A DNA stretch of 63,904 nucleotides from Chiloscyllium plagiosum (Eukaryota): positions 31,563,257 to 31,627,160 of the forward strand of contig NC_057740.1 in assembly GCF_004010195.1 (NCBI RefSeq), read 5' to 3'. Both the position numbers and the translations under genes were made by a program. Below are positions 38,150 through 50,174 of the stretch, piece by piece. Within the stretch, counting starts at the first letter, position 1. Every line of letters begins with the position of its first letter. The notes below the pieces were generated by a model. The model was given only the letters and a program-made list of their open reading frames with translations, searched no databases and was not told the origin of the DNA.

Positions 38150-38659
38150 CTCCTGTTCCCTGGATGCTGCCTGACCTGCTGTGCTGTTCCAGCAATAAAG
38201 TTTCAACTTTGATATCCAAATGAATCCAACAAGAACTGGACCAAGCATATGTGGTACTCATAATCTTCTTCATCCTAAGTATACGCATGATTTTACTACA
38301 ACTGCTAAGTATTTCATCAGTAATATTTTCAGCAACATAACACAAAACATCGCAGATAAGAAAAACTGCAGCATATTAACATGCCAAATTTCCCCTAAAG
38401 TAAATGCATTAAAATTCCATCAAATTTGACAATATTGTTATGTATTTGGCTTTAAGGGGTTAACACGTAGGGGGTTCCATACAACAGCCAAGCAGGGTGA
38501 GATCAATAGTTGTGATGTTGAGAAGATATGCTCTTCTTCATTAGGGTAAATAAAACCACAGAAAGTAGACAAAATCAAACACAAAATATTGCTGAGGAAA
38601 GGAGTGAACAAAGACAGAAATGGGAACTATTTAAATGTAAATCTATGATTTGTTGTACG

Positions 38660-38810
38660 TATTTTGAACTGGTCCTCCTGGGAGCAGATGCGGTGGAGAC
38701 GAAGGAATTGGGAGAATGGGATGGCGTTTTTACAGGGGGCAGGATGGGAGGAGGTGTAGTCCAGGTAGCTGTGGGAGTCGGTTGGTTTGTAGTAGATGTC
38801 CGTGTTAATA
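38660..38810 (-). mobile_element. PLE RT thumb-region fragment
   Basis: INTDIYYKPTDSHSYLDYTSSHPAPCKNAIPFSQFLRLHRICSQEDQF. Confidence 0.9.
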
Positions 38811-39689
38811 ATTTTGTACACTAGCTCTAACAAATCAGCCCTTCCAGATCATTTACACCTAGGATACCTTTCCAGTGTAATGTTGTAACAAATCATTTCC
38901 CTTCCATCGGATCTATTCCGGTAAATCACCACTGCATCGTCTGGAGAACCTTCACCTTTCTAACATGTGATGACAAGAATCAATGTAAAACCTAACTTCC
39001 CTGCTTTCATAACAATTTATGAAGCACTGGACCCCATGTGCTTTCCTTCTCAATGTTTTATATACACGTCTCTCAATATCTGGTATTTATGTAGAATAAG
39101 TGAAAGAAGCTCTTATACACATGCAACAGTTGCACTTTGACCCCGTCCTACTGCTCTGAGTGTCAAGAATTGGCTCACCAGTCTGCTTTACCTCCTTAAT
39201 TGCAATCAGCCCCTTTCCCCAACTTGGGACTTTGACAATTACATTGTCTGTTTAGCTAAGCAATTCCTCCCACCCCCCACACCCCCCACCCCCCAGCTGC
39301 CTTGAATGAAAACCATTGTAGCATAAAGATGTAAGCAGTTCTGGAATGTGTTTGATGTCCTCTATTGTCTCAGAACTAATATGACACATGAGAATACATA
39401 CATTTTTAATAGCTGCTTTAGGTATTCCAGCTAATTACCTCCAACAACTTCCCAGGCAGGTTGTGTCTCTTTGGAAATGAATCCTTTGTTGACTAACTCT
39501 AAAAGCTGAATATAAATTAAACCATAATCCTGTCCAGGCTTGCAAATGAAATCCTACTGGACGAATGTGTCACAGTGACAGCAACGATCGTACAATATCG
39601 TATGATAAAACCTACAGTGACCTTGCGTTATTTCTTAATTCAGGAAGAGAAGTTTGAATTTATAAAGCACCCTTTCAGAACTGTAGAAA

Positions 39690-40100
39690 ATTGCAATAAT
39701 TTGAAAGATCTTAATCATCAATTAAAATGTAGGAAATACTTGAATTCCAAACCATGTTTCTTGACCTGATGGCTTTCGAAAGCATTTCTTACAGTCAGAG
39801 AAATACTTTCGAAGTGCGTCACTGTGCAGGAAAAATAGCTGACAGTAAATTCCCATATGCAGCACCATGACACTGAGCAGATATAACCTATGTTAGTTAG
39901 GTTTGGGATAACTTCACTTCTCCTTTGCAAAATAGTGCCAAAAGATTTTTTACATGTGCCTGAGAGACTGGATGGGCCCTCAGTTCATCGTCCCATCTGA
40001 AAGATGTCATCTCCAACTGTGCAGTACTCCCACAGTACTACGTGTCTTGCCAACCTTGATTTTTGTCCTGGAGTGGCAGGGGTGCTACCAAGTGAACTAC
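39690..40100 (-). mobile_element. DeuSINE-type SINE
   Basis: tttcgaagtgcgtcactgt... and catctgaaagatgtcatctccaactgtgcagtactccc. Confidence 0.7.
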
Positions 40101-42304
40101 AACTGATTACTTCCCAATTCTGACTGCTATTTTTTCAAGCCTATATCATCATTGACAGTATGGTATTACAAGTGAACCTGGATTGGAGTTCTAAACATGA
40201 TATCAACTTTTAAAGTACAAAATATCTGTTCTTCTGCTCTTGGGATTCGTCTTTATAATAGAAGCCTGCACTTAAAGAGCATTATCAGACAGAAATTGCC
40301 TTTCCACATGATGCAACATAAAATTCTAGCAGTGACCTACAATCAGTCAAAGAAATCTCCTACTCTCAGCAGACAGTGGGTGCCACCTATTGGTCTGAAA
40401 GAGATGGCCCAATAGAAGCAATTTGGACTCAAATGATGCGGTAAATCGTGACAAAGTAGCAACGATTACCATGGTAACCACAAATCCACACCAATAGCTT
40501 AGGGAAAACAATAGTTAAGTAAAAATACTTCAAAAGCACCTAGATCACTAACATGCATCCAGTAGGTTATCTTTGCTACTGATTTCAAGCAGCAAATGTA
40601 TCCTGTTTGCAGGCAGTCTAGCACAAATAAAAATGTTACATTAAACAGTCATTGTTACCATGCAGTAGCAAACGCAATCAATTTTGGTGCAGAAATTTGT
40701 TCCGCTACATGAACCTGCTAAAATTATAACAGATGAAAAGAATGTCATGAATATATTTACATAAAGATTGAATAACAAAATTAACTAGAAGCACTCAAGC
40801 GGCAGTGAAATTCCCATGGAATTCCCTAATAAGTCAATTCAATATTTGCAAGAGAAAGCAGAAGCCTGTACATATTGCTTACGTCCCATGAATTAATAGG
40901 AATTGAGCAGATCACAATATTTCACTGGAATCTGGGATGTGAAAATAAAGGGCTTTGAAACCATATGCGTTGCATTAATAATGAATGTACTGAGATTCCT
41001 CTGTTCAGTATTTCAGCAAAGGCAGTAACTCATTTTGGACCCATATGAGGGAAGATTTATCTTTGATGTGGGTAAAAACAGACAAGAGATTCCACATAAT
41101 TTTTATTTCCATGTAAAAAGAAATTAGATGTATTGCATAGTAAGCCATGATCCTTTGCCCACCATTTTACACATTCCCCACACTGTCCCCAAAGTTGGAT
41201 TGCACCTCTTCCCTAACGCAGACTGAAAAGTTTCCTTGTCTCATGCTTTGGGGTCCTTATCTTGGGAAATGAAGCTCTCCGCATTTGGTGCTCCCAGGTC
41301 AAGTACCTGCCACCACAACGGGGAATAAAGCATTCATTGCTGTGTGTCAATAATGTGCTTACCCCACAGTTTGACCCATATTGCTCCAGTTTTGTGTTTT
41401 TTTTTTAAATTCCATTCCTCATGCCAGCTATCCTGCGATCTCTGTGAATGAGATTGCCAGTCAGTGTCAGATTTTCGCTGTGTGAATCTACTCACTATGA
41501 TTGACACTGCCCAAATTGATTTCACAGTGGACATTTATAACCAGCAGAGACAGGAGATTTTCATCCATTTAGGCTGAGATGGATTTGCATCCAGTTCCCA
41601 GAGATGAAAGAAGAGCGTCAAACCACTCTGGCACCCAGTTCCAAACAAAGAATTAGTGTAAGAATATTAATGTATCCATTACTAAAACAAGGAAAGATTT
41701 GCATTTAAATGGCACAACATTAAATGCCTCTAAGCACATCTAATTCAAAGTGCATTACATATGGCATACAGTCTGTAATGTCTTATAGGCAAATACAGTA
41801 ACCATTGCAAAATCCACAAATGGCAAATGATGATAGAATAGTAGAACATCAGAGAACCACTCTCCACAGATGCTGCCAGACGTGCTGAGTATTTCAATAC
41901 TTTCTGCTTTTGCATCATAGAGGACATCCATTAAACCCATCATGTCCGTCTTAGCCGTTCAAAAGAGGTATGCATTGAATTTGGTTACCCTCCTCGAGAT
42001 CTGCAAATGTTTCATTTCCAAGATTATATCCAGTTTCTTTTGGAAGTAATGATTTAAGCTTCATCCAATCAAGCGGTGAATTCCTAAACAATTAGTTAAG
42101 CAGATTACGGGTCATTGACTGAGGGAGGGATGCTTACTCAGGCGCTGAGAAAATTCTGTGATGTTTTTGATTATGGTATGTTGCAGGGTGGGGAGAGGAA
42201 TCATTGAGCAAGCTGCACTGTAAGTTCATTGTCTATTCTGAAGAACTGCATCTCTGACAAAACTGGTGTGTCAGGATAGTATATATCCTGGAAATAGGTT
42301 TCAA

Positions 42305-42618
42305 CCCATAGTCAAACCACAGTTATAATCTCTTCCAATCTCTTCCAGTGGGCAGATGATTCAAAAGCTTAAAAACATGGACCAGCAGATCCAAGGACAG
42401 CTTCTTCCCTGCTGTTATTAGACTTCTAAATGAACCTTACAAATTTCAAATTTAATGTTGATCTTGCTCTTTCTGCAGCCTTAACATTGTAGTCCCTGCT
42501 CTGTTCCACTATCCCTACGTACTTTGCATAGTATGATCTGCCTTACTGATGCAAAACAAGACTTTTCACTGTACCTAGGCACACATGACAGTAATAAATC
42601 AAAGTAAATCAAAATCAA
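42305..42618 (+). mobile_element. Rex1/Babar LINE 3' end
   Basis: Clear homolog of 20380-20655 (SFFPAVIRLLN-like terminus and taaatcaaa tail). Confidence 0.8.
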
Positions 42619-43339
42619 GAGTACCGCCAGTTGATGCATTGGGACCACATTGCAATCAAAAGAAAAAGATTGGACCAATAAACAAACCCAAACTGTCCTT
42701 TTCCTCGACAGCTCTGTGACACATTGGCTGGGTCTACTGTGCTATCATAGGAATAGCAACAACAAATTACATTCAAACTGAATCCCAAGGCATTTCCCAG
42801 AGGCACAAGGGAAGGAAATGGACACGGAACCAAAGAAGGAAATATTGGGAAGGTGGCTAGAAGTTTGGTCTCAGGATTAGTTTTGTGTTGGGTAAGGGTT
42901 TGGGCTGGGAGTAACATTAGAGAGTGGGAGAGAAGGTGTGGCAGAACGTTACACCTATGTGGAGAGAAACAAAAAGTGTGTATTACTGGGCAACAGGTGG
43001 CAGGAAGAAATTGGGAGGAAAAGGCCTGAGAGAAGGCAAAAGAGAAAAAAACTAATGGAACTAAAGGGATCAGGATAGCAGCCAGATTGGGTGAGTGGCC
43101 AGAGAGGGATTTTGAGTTACAAAGGCAGAGGCGCAAGCTGGGCTATAAACAGAGGATCTCCCCATTTTCCCTAGGCACATTGTATCGAGCAGGTCAATTT
43201 TTTTACTGTAAGTTACAGCTTCTTAATATTACAATGAAGTGTTACAATATCTAAATGACCTTTTATTTTTCCAATTCTGATTTCTCGCACAATGCTGCTT
43301 TCCTTAAATTACCACCTTTGTCTATGCCTGGGTGGTAAG

Positions 43340-43585
43340 TTAAAATCTGGAATGAGAAGCTAGCTAACGATTACTAAGTCATCTTCTGTAGATTGTTGTA
43401 ATAACTAATTTGGTTCACTGATGTCTTTTAGGGAAGGAAATCTACCATCCTTACCTGGTCTGACTTATATGTGACTGCAGAGCTCCAACAACATGGTGGA
43501 CTCTTAAATACCCACTGAGCTATTAGGGATGGGCAACCAATGCTGGCTAGCCAGCTATGTCCAAAACCTGTGAATGAATCTTTTA
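43340..43585 (+). mobile_element. SINE 3' part (L2-tailed family)
   Basis: ggttcactgatgtcttttagggaaggaaatctaccatcc...tgaatgaat. Confidence 0.75.
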
Positions 43586-43922
43586 AAAAATTTCCTCCCT
43601 ACAACCTTTCTCTCTCTCTAGCTTTGATACTCTCCTTAAGATCTATCTCACACAATAAAAAACTTTAGCTGACATCTCATCATGTGGCTCAGTTTTAAGG
43701 TTTGTCTGATAACACCCCCTTGAAGCTCTGTGTGACATTTTGTTACATGAAAGGCAATGTAGGTATTTTCTATTGAACCTGTTCAGAGATAGTCTGATAC
43801 ATCTATGGAGCATGGAGAACTTGAAACCAGGCCTCTTGGCTCAGAAATAGAGACACTACCACAGCCCTCTGTTGTGTAATTACATATAGTGATATTGGTA
43901 ACATGTTGAGTCTGGATTACAA

Positions 43923-44081
43923 TAGGGAGAAAGTGAGGACTGCAGATGTTGGAGATCAGAGTCGAGAGTGGGGTGCTGGCCTTTCATCAGGAGTAATGCA
44001 GGGCTTATGCCTGAAACATAAATTCTCCTGCTCCTCGGATGCTGCCTGACCTGCTGTGCTTTTCCATCACCACACTCTCCA
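43923..44081. mobile_element. Family A head-to-head fold-back pair
   Basis: Minus arm (internally deleted) ends TCATCAGGA at about 43992 and the plus arm starts at about 43994. TSD CTGGATTACAA at 43912-43922 / 44082-44092. Confidence 0.9.
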
Positions 44082-44589
44082 CTGGATTACAACAGCTGGT
44101 TAGCAATCAGTTTACATTTTGTTTGCATGGGATTTGGTTTTGTGAGGATTGGGTGGGAAGTAAGAAGAAGGATTTGTTTTTCACTGCTTCTATAACAGGA
44201 TCCGTTCCCCCAACCCTTTCATTGCTGTCTAAGACAGGCAGCCTGGGTAACCCTTAACATAAAGAATGGACACTTTGTCAGGAAAAAAGGATGGACACAC
44301 ATATAATGCTGGCACTCCATTCACTCCTTTTAGAAAATTGCTTATAATACTTCGATCCAAAATCACAGAACTGTACAACCGAAACAAGATACAAGTCTGA
44401 TGAGAGCGAAAACCCACATTCCCATTTTCACCTTGTACTTTACATTTAGAATAGGGAGAGTCGGAGTGTTGTCAATCACTTAATTTAACAGTGACTCATT
44501 TCAAATAATGTACAACACTTACAAGCTTACATGCCTATATACAGTATACACATACACTAATAACCCAATACATCCACAGGCATACCTGC

Positions 44590-45115
44590 ACATTGTGGCT
44601 TCAAAAACAAATCAGATGCTGAGAATTCTGTGATTCACCTCCTGACTACCCAAAAACCATCCAACATCTACAATGTGCATGTCAGGAGTGTGATGGATTA
44701 CTCCCCACTTGCCTGGATGAGTGCAGCTCTAAACACACTCAAGTAGCTCGACATCTTCCAAGACAAAGCAGCCTGCTTGATTGGCAATCCATCCATCACT
44801 TTCAACACATTCACTCTCTCCACTACTGATGGAGAGTAGCAATAGGGTGTACATCTACAAGATGCACTGTAGTAATTCAACAAGATTTCTTCAACAGCAT
44901 GTTCCAAACTCATCACATCCACTACATAGAACATCAAGGACAGAGGACACAAGGGAACACCACCATCTGCAAGTTCCACTCCAAGTTACACACCAAGTTA
45001 CACTTGGAACTGTATCTATGTTTTTTCACTGTCAGTGGGGCTGAATCCTGGACTTGCCTTCCTAACAACAGTGTACCTACATCCCAAGGACTGCAGCAGA
45101 TGAAGCAGTTCATTA
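44590..45115 (+). mobile_element. L2-type LINE 3' fragment
   Basis: Homolog of 5505-6070. Confidence 0.8.
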
Positions 45116-45352
45116 CTGTTGTACGATGTAATGCTTCTGAAAGAGTTAGTGTTGAATTAGCATTGAGCTCCATCCAATCTTACATTGTTGTGTAGGGAGA
45201 ATTGAGCAGACTAACCTGAGGTCCCAATGGACAGAGTCATCTCTGGCTCATGATTGTCATTATGTCTTGCTAGCCCAATGTAATTTGCATCAAAGCTATC
45301 ATTTAATAAATTACATCTTGTTATGTAAGAAAGATGCCTCTCTTCATTAAAA

Positions 45353-45882
45353 TCTTTGAGGAGAAAGTGAGGACTGCAGATGCTGGAGATCAGAGCTGAA
45401 AATGTGTTGCNNNCTGAGACAAGGTGGGGGAGGGGAAATGAGGAAACTGGAGAAATCTGAGTTCATCCCTTGTGGTTGGAGGGTTCCTAGGCGGAAGATG
45501 AGGCGCTCTTCCTCCAGCCGTCGTGTTGCTATGGTCTGGCGATGGAGGAGTCCAAGGACCTGCATGTCCTTGGTGGAGTGGGAGGGGGAGTTGAAGTGTT
45601 GAGCCAAGGGTTGGTTGGGTTGGTTGGTCCGAGTGTCCCAGAGGTGTTCTTCCTGACCTCTCCGTCCCCACCCCCACTCCGGCCTATCACCCTCACCTTG
45701 ACCTCCTTCCACCTATCGCATTTCCAATGCCCCTCCCCCAAGTCCCTCCTCCCTACCTTTTATCTTAGCCTGCTGGACACACTTTCTTCATTCCTGAAGA
45801 AGGGCTCATGCCTGAAACGTCGATTCTCCTGCTCCCTGGATGCTGCCTGACCTGCTGCGCTTTTCCAGCAACACATTTTCAG
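45353..45882. mobile_element. Family A PLE: minus arm with GIY-YIG C-terminus (contains NNN gap) plus plus-strand pLTR
   Basis: Minus strand reads LAQHFNSPSHSTKDMQVLGLLH...LEEERLIFRLGTLQPQGMNSDF. Plus-arm hammerhead at 45790-45825. TSD CTCTCTTC(A/G)TTAAAA at 45338-45352 / 45883-45897. Confidence 0.92.
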
Positions 45883-46042
45883 CTCTCTTCGTTAAAACTC
45901 AATAGTCATTTTCCTAGCACTGTTAATTGGATATCCCTTAGACTCATTGCAGGTGGATTACGGATTTTGTGCCAGGAGCTCTGCGTTCAATTTGTATTTG
46001 CTCAGATATATAACAATATCTCTGAACAGTTGGTTATAAAAT

Positions 46043-46165
46043 ACAGTCGGTTCTGATATAATGTAATAATCCCATTCTCGTGCAATCTTGCATTATAAGA
46101 ATATCGCGCAATAGCCACACCAGTGAAACTAATGGGGCTGGAATAGGATTATAGCCAATACAGGT
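46043..46165. mobile_element. Possible Tc1/mariner (Tigger-like) terminal fragment
   Basis: Starts TA-CAGTCGGTTCTGATATAA. I did not find a partner TIR. Confidence 0.4.
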
Positions 46166-47355
46166 AAGAAAAGTTTGCTTTGTATAAATAAATTCTTCAA
46201 TCATGTGAAAGCCAATTCATTTTGAAGAGACATTTGGAATAGCAGAACTGGCTGTACTGGGAAAGCTGGATCCCCGGGTATGCTTGAAGAGTGAGCACTC
46301 TGGACCTGCCAGTATGTTTCAGGCCTCCTGTGATCACTGCAGGTGCTGGGGTGCATCATCACCCCACAGAATATTATTTGCAACTTTCCATTGGATTTTT
46401 GACTTTTGTTACAGTGTCCATTACCTGCCCTAATTTTCTTTAATTTGTTCATTTTTTAAAGCATTTTAAAGTTTGGTAGCCCACTCTTCCCTAACCTGAA
46501 GCCTCCAATGTTTGGTACCTTAACATGTTATAGCTATCGCCTTCTTAAGAGCAGTTAGGGAGGGCAAAAAATGCTGGCCCAGCCAGCAACACCCACATCC
46601 CATAATGGAATAACAAAAGAAATACCCAAACCTGCTAATACATGTAAGAGAAATCAGATCTTAAACAAATAGAATCATCAGTGCTTGAGGATGAAGTGTT
46701 GGTTTCATTCATCTTGTTTGAATATTCATCAGACATGGCAACAGGAGCCAGTTATTCCATCAGACGTGATTTAAATTAAAGATTTTCTCCATTTACATGC
46801 ACAGGATATGCAGATACATCACTCATGTTGATGTATCTTTATTGCGACAGAGGTCCATGTAAACCATTTACTTCAACATTTTAGTCTGGCCCATTACTAC
46901 ACATCAAGGTGGATTACCCAGTTTAGGCTGACACATCCTGTCTGTGAAAATGCATTGCTGCATAAAAGCTGCCTAAACTGAGAGTGCATGTGATGCTTTG
47001 ATCTCAGATAATGCAGTCACCCATCTGCAAAAATAAAGATATGGCAGTAAGTATATACCACAAGCATGACTGCACAAAGTAACAGTCACATTTTTGTTAT
47101 CCCACAGCCTGCATTCGCCTAGCTCATTCAGCAACAGACGCTGAAGGACGTTTTAAATTTTTATCTTCCTTTTCTCACTCAGGTTGGGAAGCCCTTGATT
47201 CAAAGATCTAGTGTGACACTAAAGGCAACCCACTGCCCTTTGGTTTCTTGTCCAATCCTTACATGTAAAACTACTGAACTTAAGTAGATCGTTTATTCAT
47301 CACAGCCAAATACATTTTTGGGATTGCCTGTTGGTTATACACAAGAAACATGCAC

Positions 47356-47500
47356 GGACAGACAGACAGACACACACACACACACAGAGATACACACATA
47401 CACACACAGCACAAAAATACAGACACATATACAGCTAAATATACAATTCATATTCGCATAGAAACACACCTACACTCAAAAACACACATATATGCACAAA
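47356..47500. repeat. Compound (CAGA)n/(CA)n microsatellite, decaying
   Basis: gacagacagacagacacacacacacacacagaga... Confidence 0.9.
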
Positions 47501-48140
47501 CATGTATGATATAAGAACACATAACTATTCATTAAGAAAAGCAATGCACGAACACAATTTTTGCAGTTCTGAAAGAATATTTTTGCGAACTAACCACTAT
47601 GCAGTTCATTTAAATTTCCATTTCTGCCTGTAAATATTATAACAATGCAAACATAATTTTAAGATATGACCTTGCAAGTTTACAATAGAAGCAGGATCTT
47701 TCATTTTGTGTTCAATTAGTTGTGGAAGGCACCCAGTTGCAGGAGTGGAATGCCTTGACTGAGACTGTTGGCAGGAGAATCACAGATTCCGGGATCCTGC
47801 CATTAACAGTCTGGCAGCTAAAGTGCATCACTCAATATATTCCTTTTCTGTGGTTGATTTAAATTGAGCCAGCACTGCTGGTGTGCTTCAAGGAGTGCTG
47901 ATTTAAATAGGTAAATTGATTAGGTTGTGGCTGATCTATTGCATGTTGATTAAATCTGTTCACCAAGCAGTGGGGAGACTTTGGTGAACACATGTCAGTT
48001 CATAACAACTGAGGAAAAGATAAAGCAAATTCAGGTACAAATAGGATTAACTACTTCATCCTTGGAGCTATTGATGTCTAAAATAGGTTGATAACCTGGC
48101 ACAGTGAAGATACAACAAGGAAGGTATAAAAGAGATTATG

Positions 48141-48334
48141 GTTTAGATCAGAGTGGTGCTGGAAAAGCTCAGCAGGTCAGAGAGCATCCGAGGAGCATGA
48201 AAATCGACAGGAACAGCTTTTGCCTGAAATGTCGATTTTCCTGCTCCACGGATGCTGCCTGACCTGCTGTGTTTTTCCAGCACCACTCTGATCTAAACTC
48301 TAGTTTCCAGCATCTGCAGTCCTCACTTTTACCC
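48141..48334. mobile_element. Family A head-to-head fold-back pair
   Basis: Minus arm ends at GAC (rc GTC) 48208 and the plus arm starts in stem II at about 48216. Perfect 15-bp TSD ATAAAAGAGATTATG at 48126-48140 / 48335-48349. Confidence 0.93.
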
Positions 48335-48619
48335 ATAAAAGAGATTATGACAGCTCACAACTGGAAAAGCCCATTGCAGTCCAACTAACAGGTAGGTCCA
48401 TATGACCCGCAGCCATTATATCCAACATTAGCTCTTCCAAAGAGTCAGAGACATCTCCAGCACAAAAATGGCCCTTTGGCATATCGAGTCTGTGCCAACC
48501 AAAAGCAACCACCTGGATATTCTTCCACAAGTGCAGATCTAAATACTGCCTAGCAGTTAAGGGGTTCTGCCTCGACCACCCTTACAGGCAGTGAGTTCCA
48601 GATTCCCACTTAAGAGGAA

Positions 48620-48946
48620 ACTGGTGGTATAGTGGCAATGTCCCTGGACTAATAATGCAGATTGCCAGGGTAATACCGTAGGGATATGGGTTTGATCTCC
48701 CCATGACTGATTGTTAAATTCTAAGAAAAACAAATCTGGACTAATAGTGACTGTGTTACTACTGCTGATAGTTGTAAAAGCAGTCTGGTACACTGGTGTC
48801 CTTCAGGAAATAAAATCTGTCATCACTACCTGATCTGACATACAATGTAACTGCTGATCTACAGCAATGTTGTGGACCTTAACTACTAATTGGAGATGGA
48901 CAATCAAAAGCCTAGCAGCAATGCCCACATCTCATGAATGAATAAA
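48620..48946 (+). mobile_element. tRNA-headed SINE with L2-type tail
   Basis: tggtatagtggcaatgtccctggactaataatgcag head and gcccacatctcatgaatgaataaa tail. Confidence 0.8.
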
Positions 48947-50174
48947 ACTTTCATATGAAGTTTTTCTCCAATGTTTACTAATTAACTCATTCCTTATTGC
49001 CTCTCTTCACTAAATGAAAAATATCCTTTGTGTTAATTGTCTCCACTTTATTATCCATTTTTCCGCCCCTACTTACTTTGAGATGACATCTCTTATATTT
49101 TGATGTTTTGCCCTGCTATCAATGACTGGTGGACTGTGGTTGGGTAGAGTGCTGCTACTAATTCTCCTTTTCATATATTTTCTAATCAACCTGTTCAATG
49201 ATGTTATTACACATCACTGAAGCAGATGGGACTTGAACCGGGGCGTCTTGGTTCAAAGCGAGGGATACTACCACCATATCACACAAGCCCAGTTCTCCTT
49301 CCTATGCCGGTCTAAAGGGCTAAAGGGCTATTCAGTAGTCATTGGTGGAGGATGGACTAGATGCAAGTCTCGGCGTAAGAAGCACGTTAAATAAAAAGCT
49401 GTAGTGTATTAGCTTACAATAATTATACACTGGCGATATCAGCTCTTAGACATATTCATTATTATTAGCAAAGAGGACAGTCTGTGAATCCCCACCAGGG
49501 GTTTTTGCCATAACGCAACTGATTCACTACCACATGTGAGTACAGCTCACACATTAACCCATTCGGAAGCATTACCTTATAGAACAACTTGCACTCTGTT
49601 GAATGACACAAAGAAATGGAAAACTTAATAAATAGATTGGCATGACGGTAATCCAAAGGTAAGTGGGTGATGACAATGACCCGCATGGTTCTGTGATGTG
49701 GAATGGAACAAATGGGAGATAGATTACCTGGCTAACCTTTCTGCTTTTACATTCTACTCTTGATGAACAATATTTAAATATTGTTTACATAAGAAGAATA
49801 AATCACATAATAATGGTCCCATTGTGTATTCTTGCAGATAGGTTTTATTCATTTAGCTTAAATTAATTCAAATTTATTAGGTACATAACAGTGTTCTTTC
49901 TTTCATTGTCAAATTTTATACATTCTCTTTAGGACCTGCTCATACATCATGCACATAGACAATAATGAATGCACATTACACATTATACTTATTGCTCATT
50001 TTTATAATATATCGGTTATGCTGCCGTCTTGCAAAATCTCATCTCTTTTCTTCAGGAAAGGACAGTTCTGGTTCTCCTGATTTCCCACCATAAAATCATT
50101 AGAAAAGCTGTATGAACTACTTGAACTCTTCTCACTGTGTTCTTTAGGATTTTCGCTGATCTTTAATTGAAGTT

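Larger units (their letters stand above)
37837..38208. repeat. 372-bp near-perfect palindrome made of two family A pLTRs
   Basis: Arms 37837-38021 and 38024-38208 (185 bp each) with a TT spacer. One mismatch seen at 38012. Mirror ORFs 37871-38065(-) and 37980-38174(+) confirm the symmetry. Confidence 0.97.

Noticed and set aside
37812-38212. Two pairs of near-identical ORFs on opposite strands as duplicated genes
   Set aside because: They are a by-product of the palindrome and lie in non-coding pLTR sequence.
47858-47910. ATTTAAAT..CAGCAC...GTGCTG.ATTTAAAT partial hairpin
   Set aside because: Too short and imperfect. More likely the centre of an eroded MITE, and I could not define ends.
1-48349. 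Recurring GATGCTGCCTGACCTGCT motif as a CRISPR-like or regulatory array
   Set aside because: The copies are dispersed, occur in both orientations and have TSDs. They are retroelement copies, not a spaced array.
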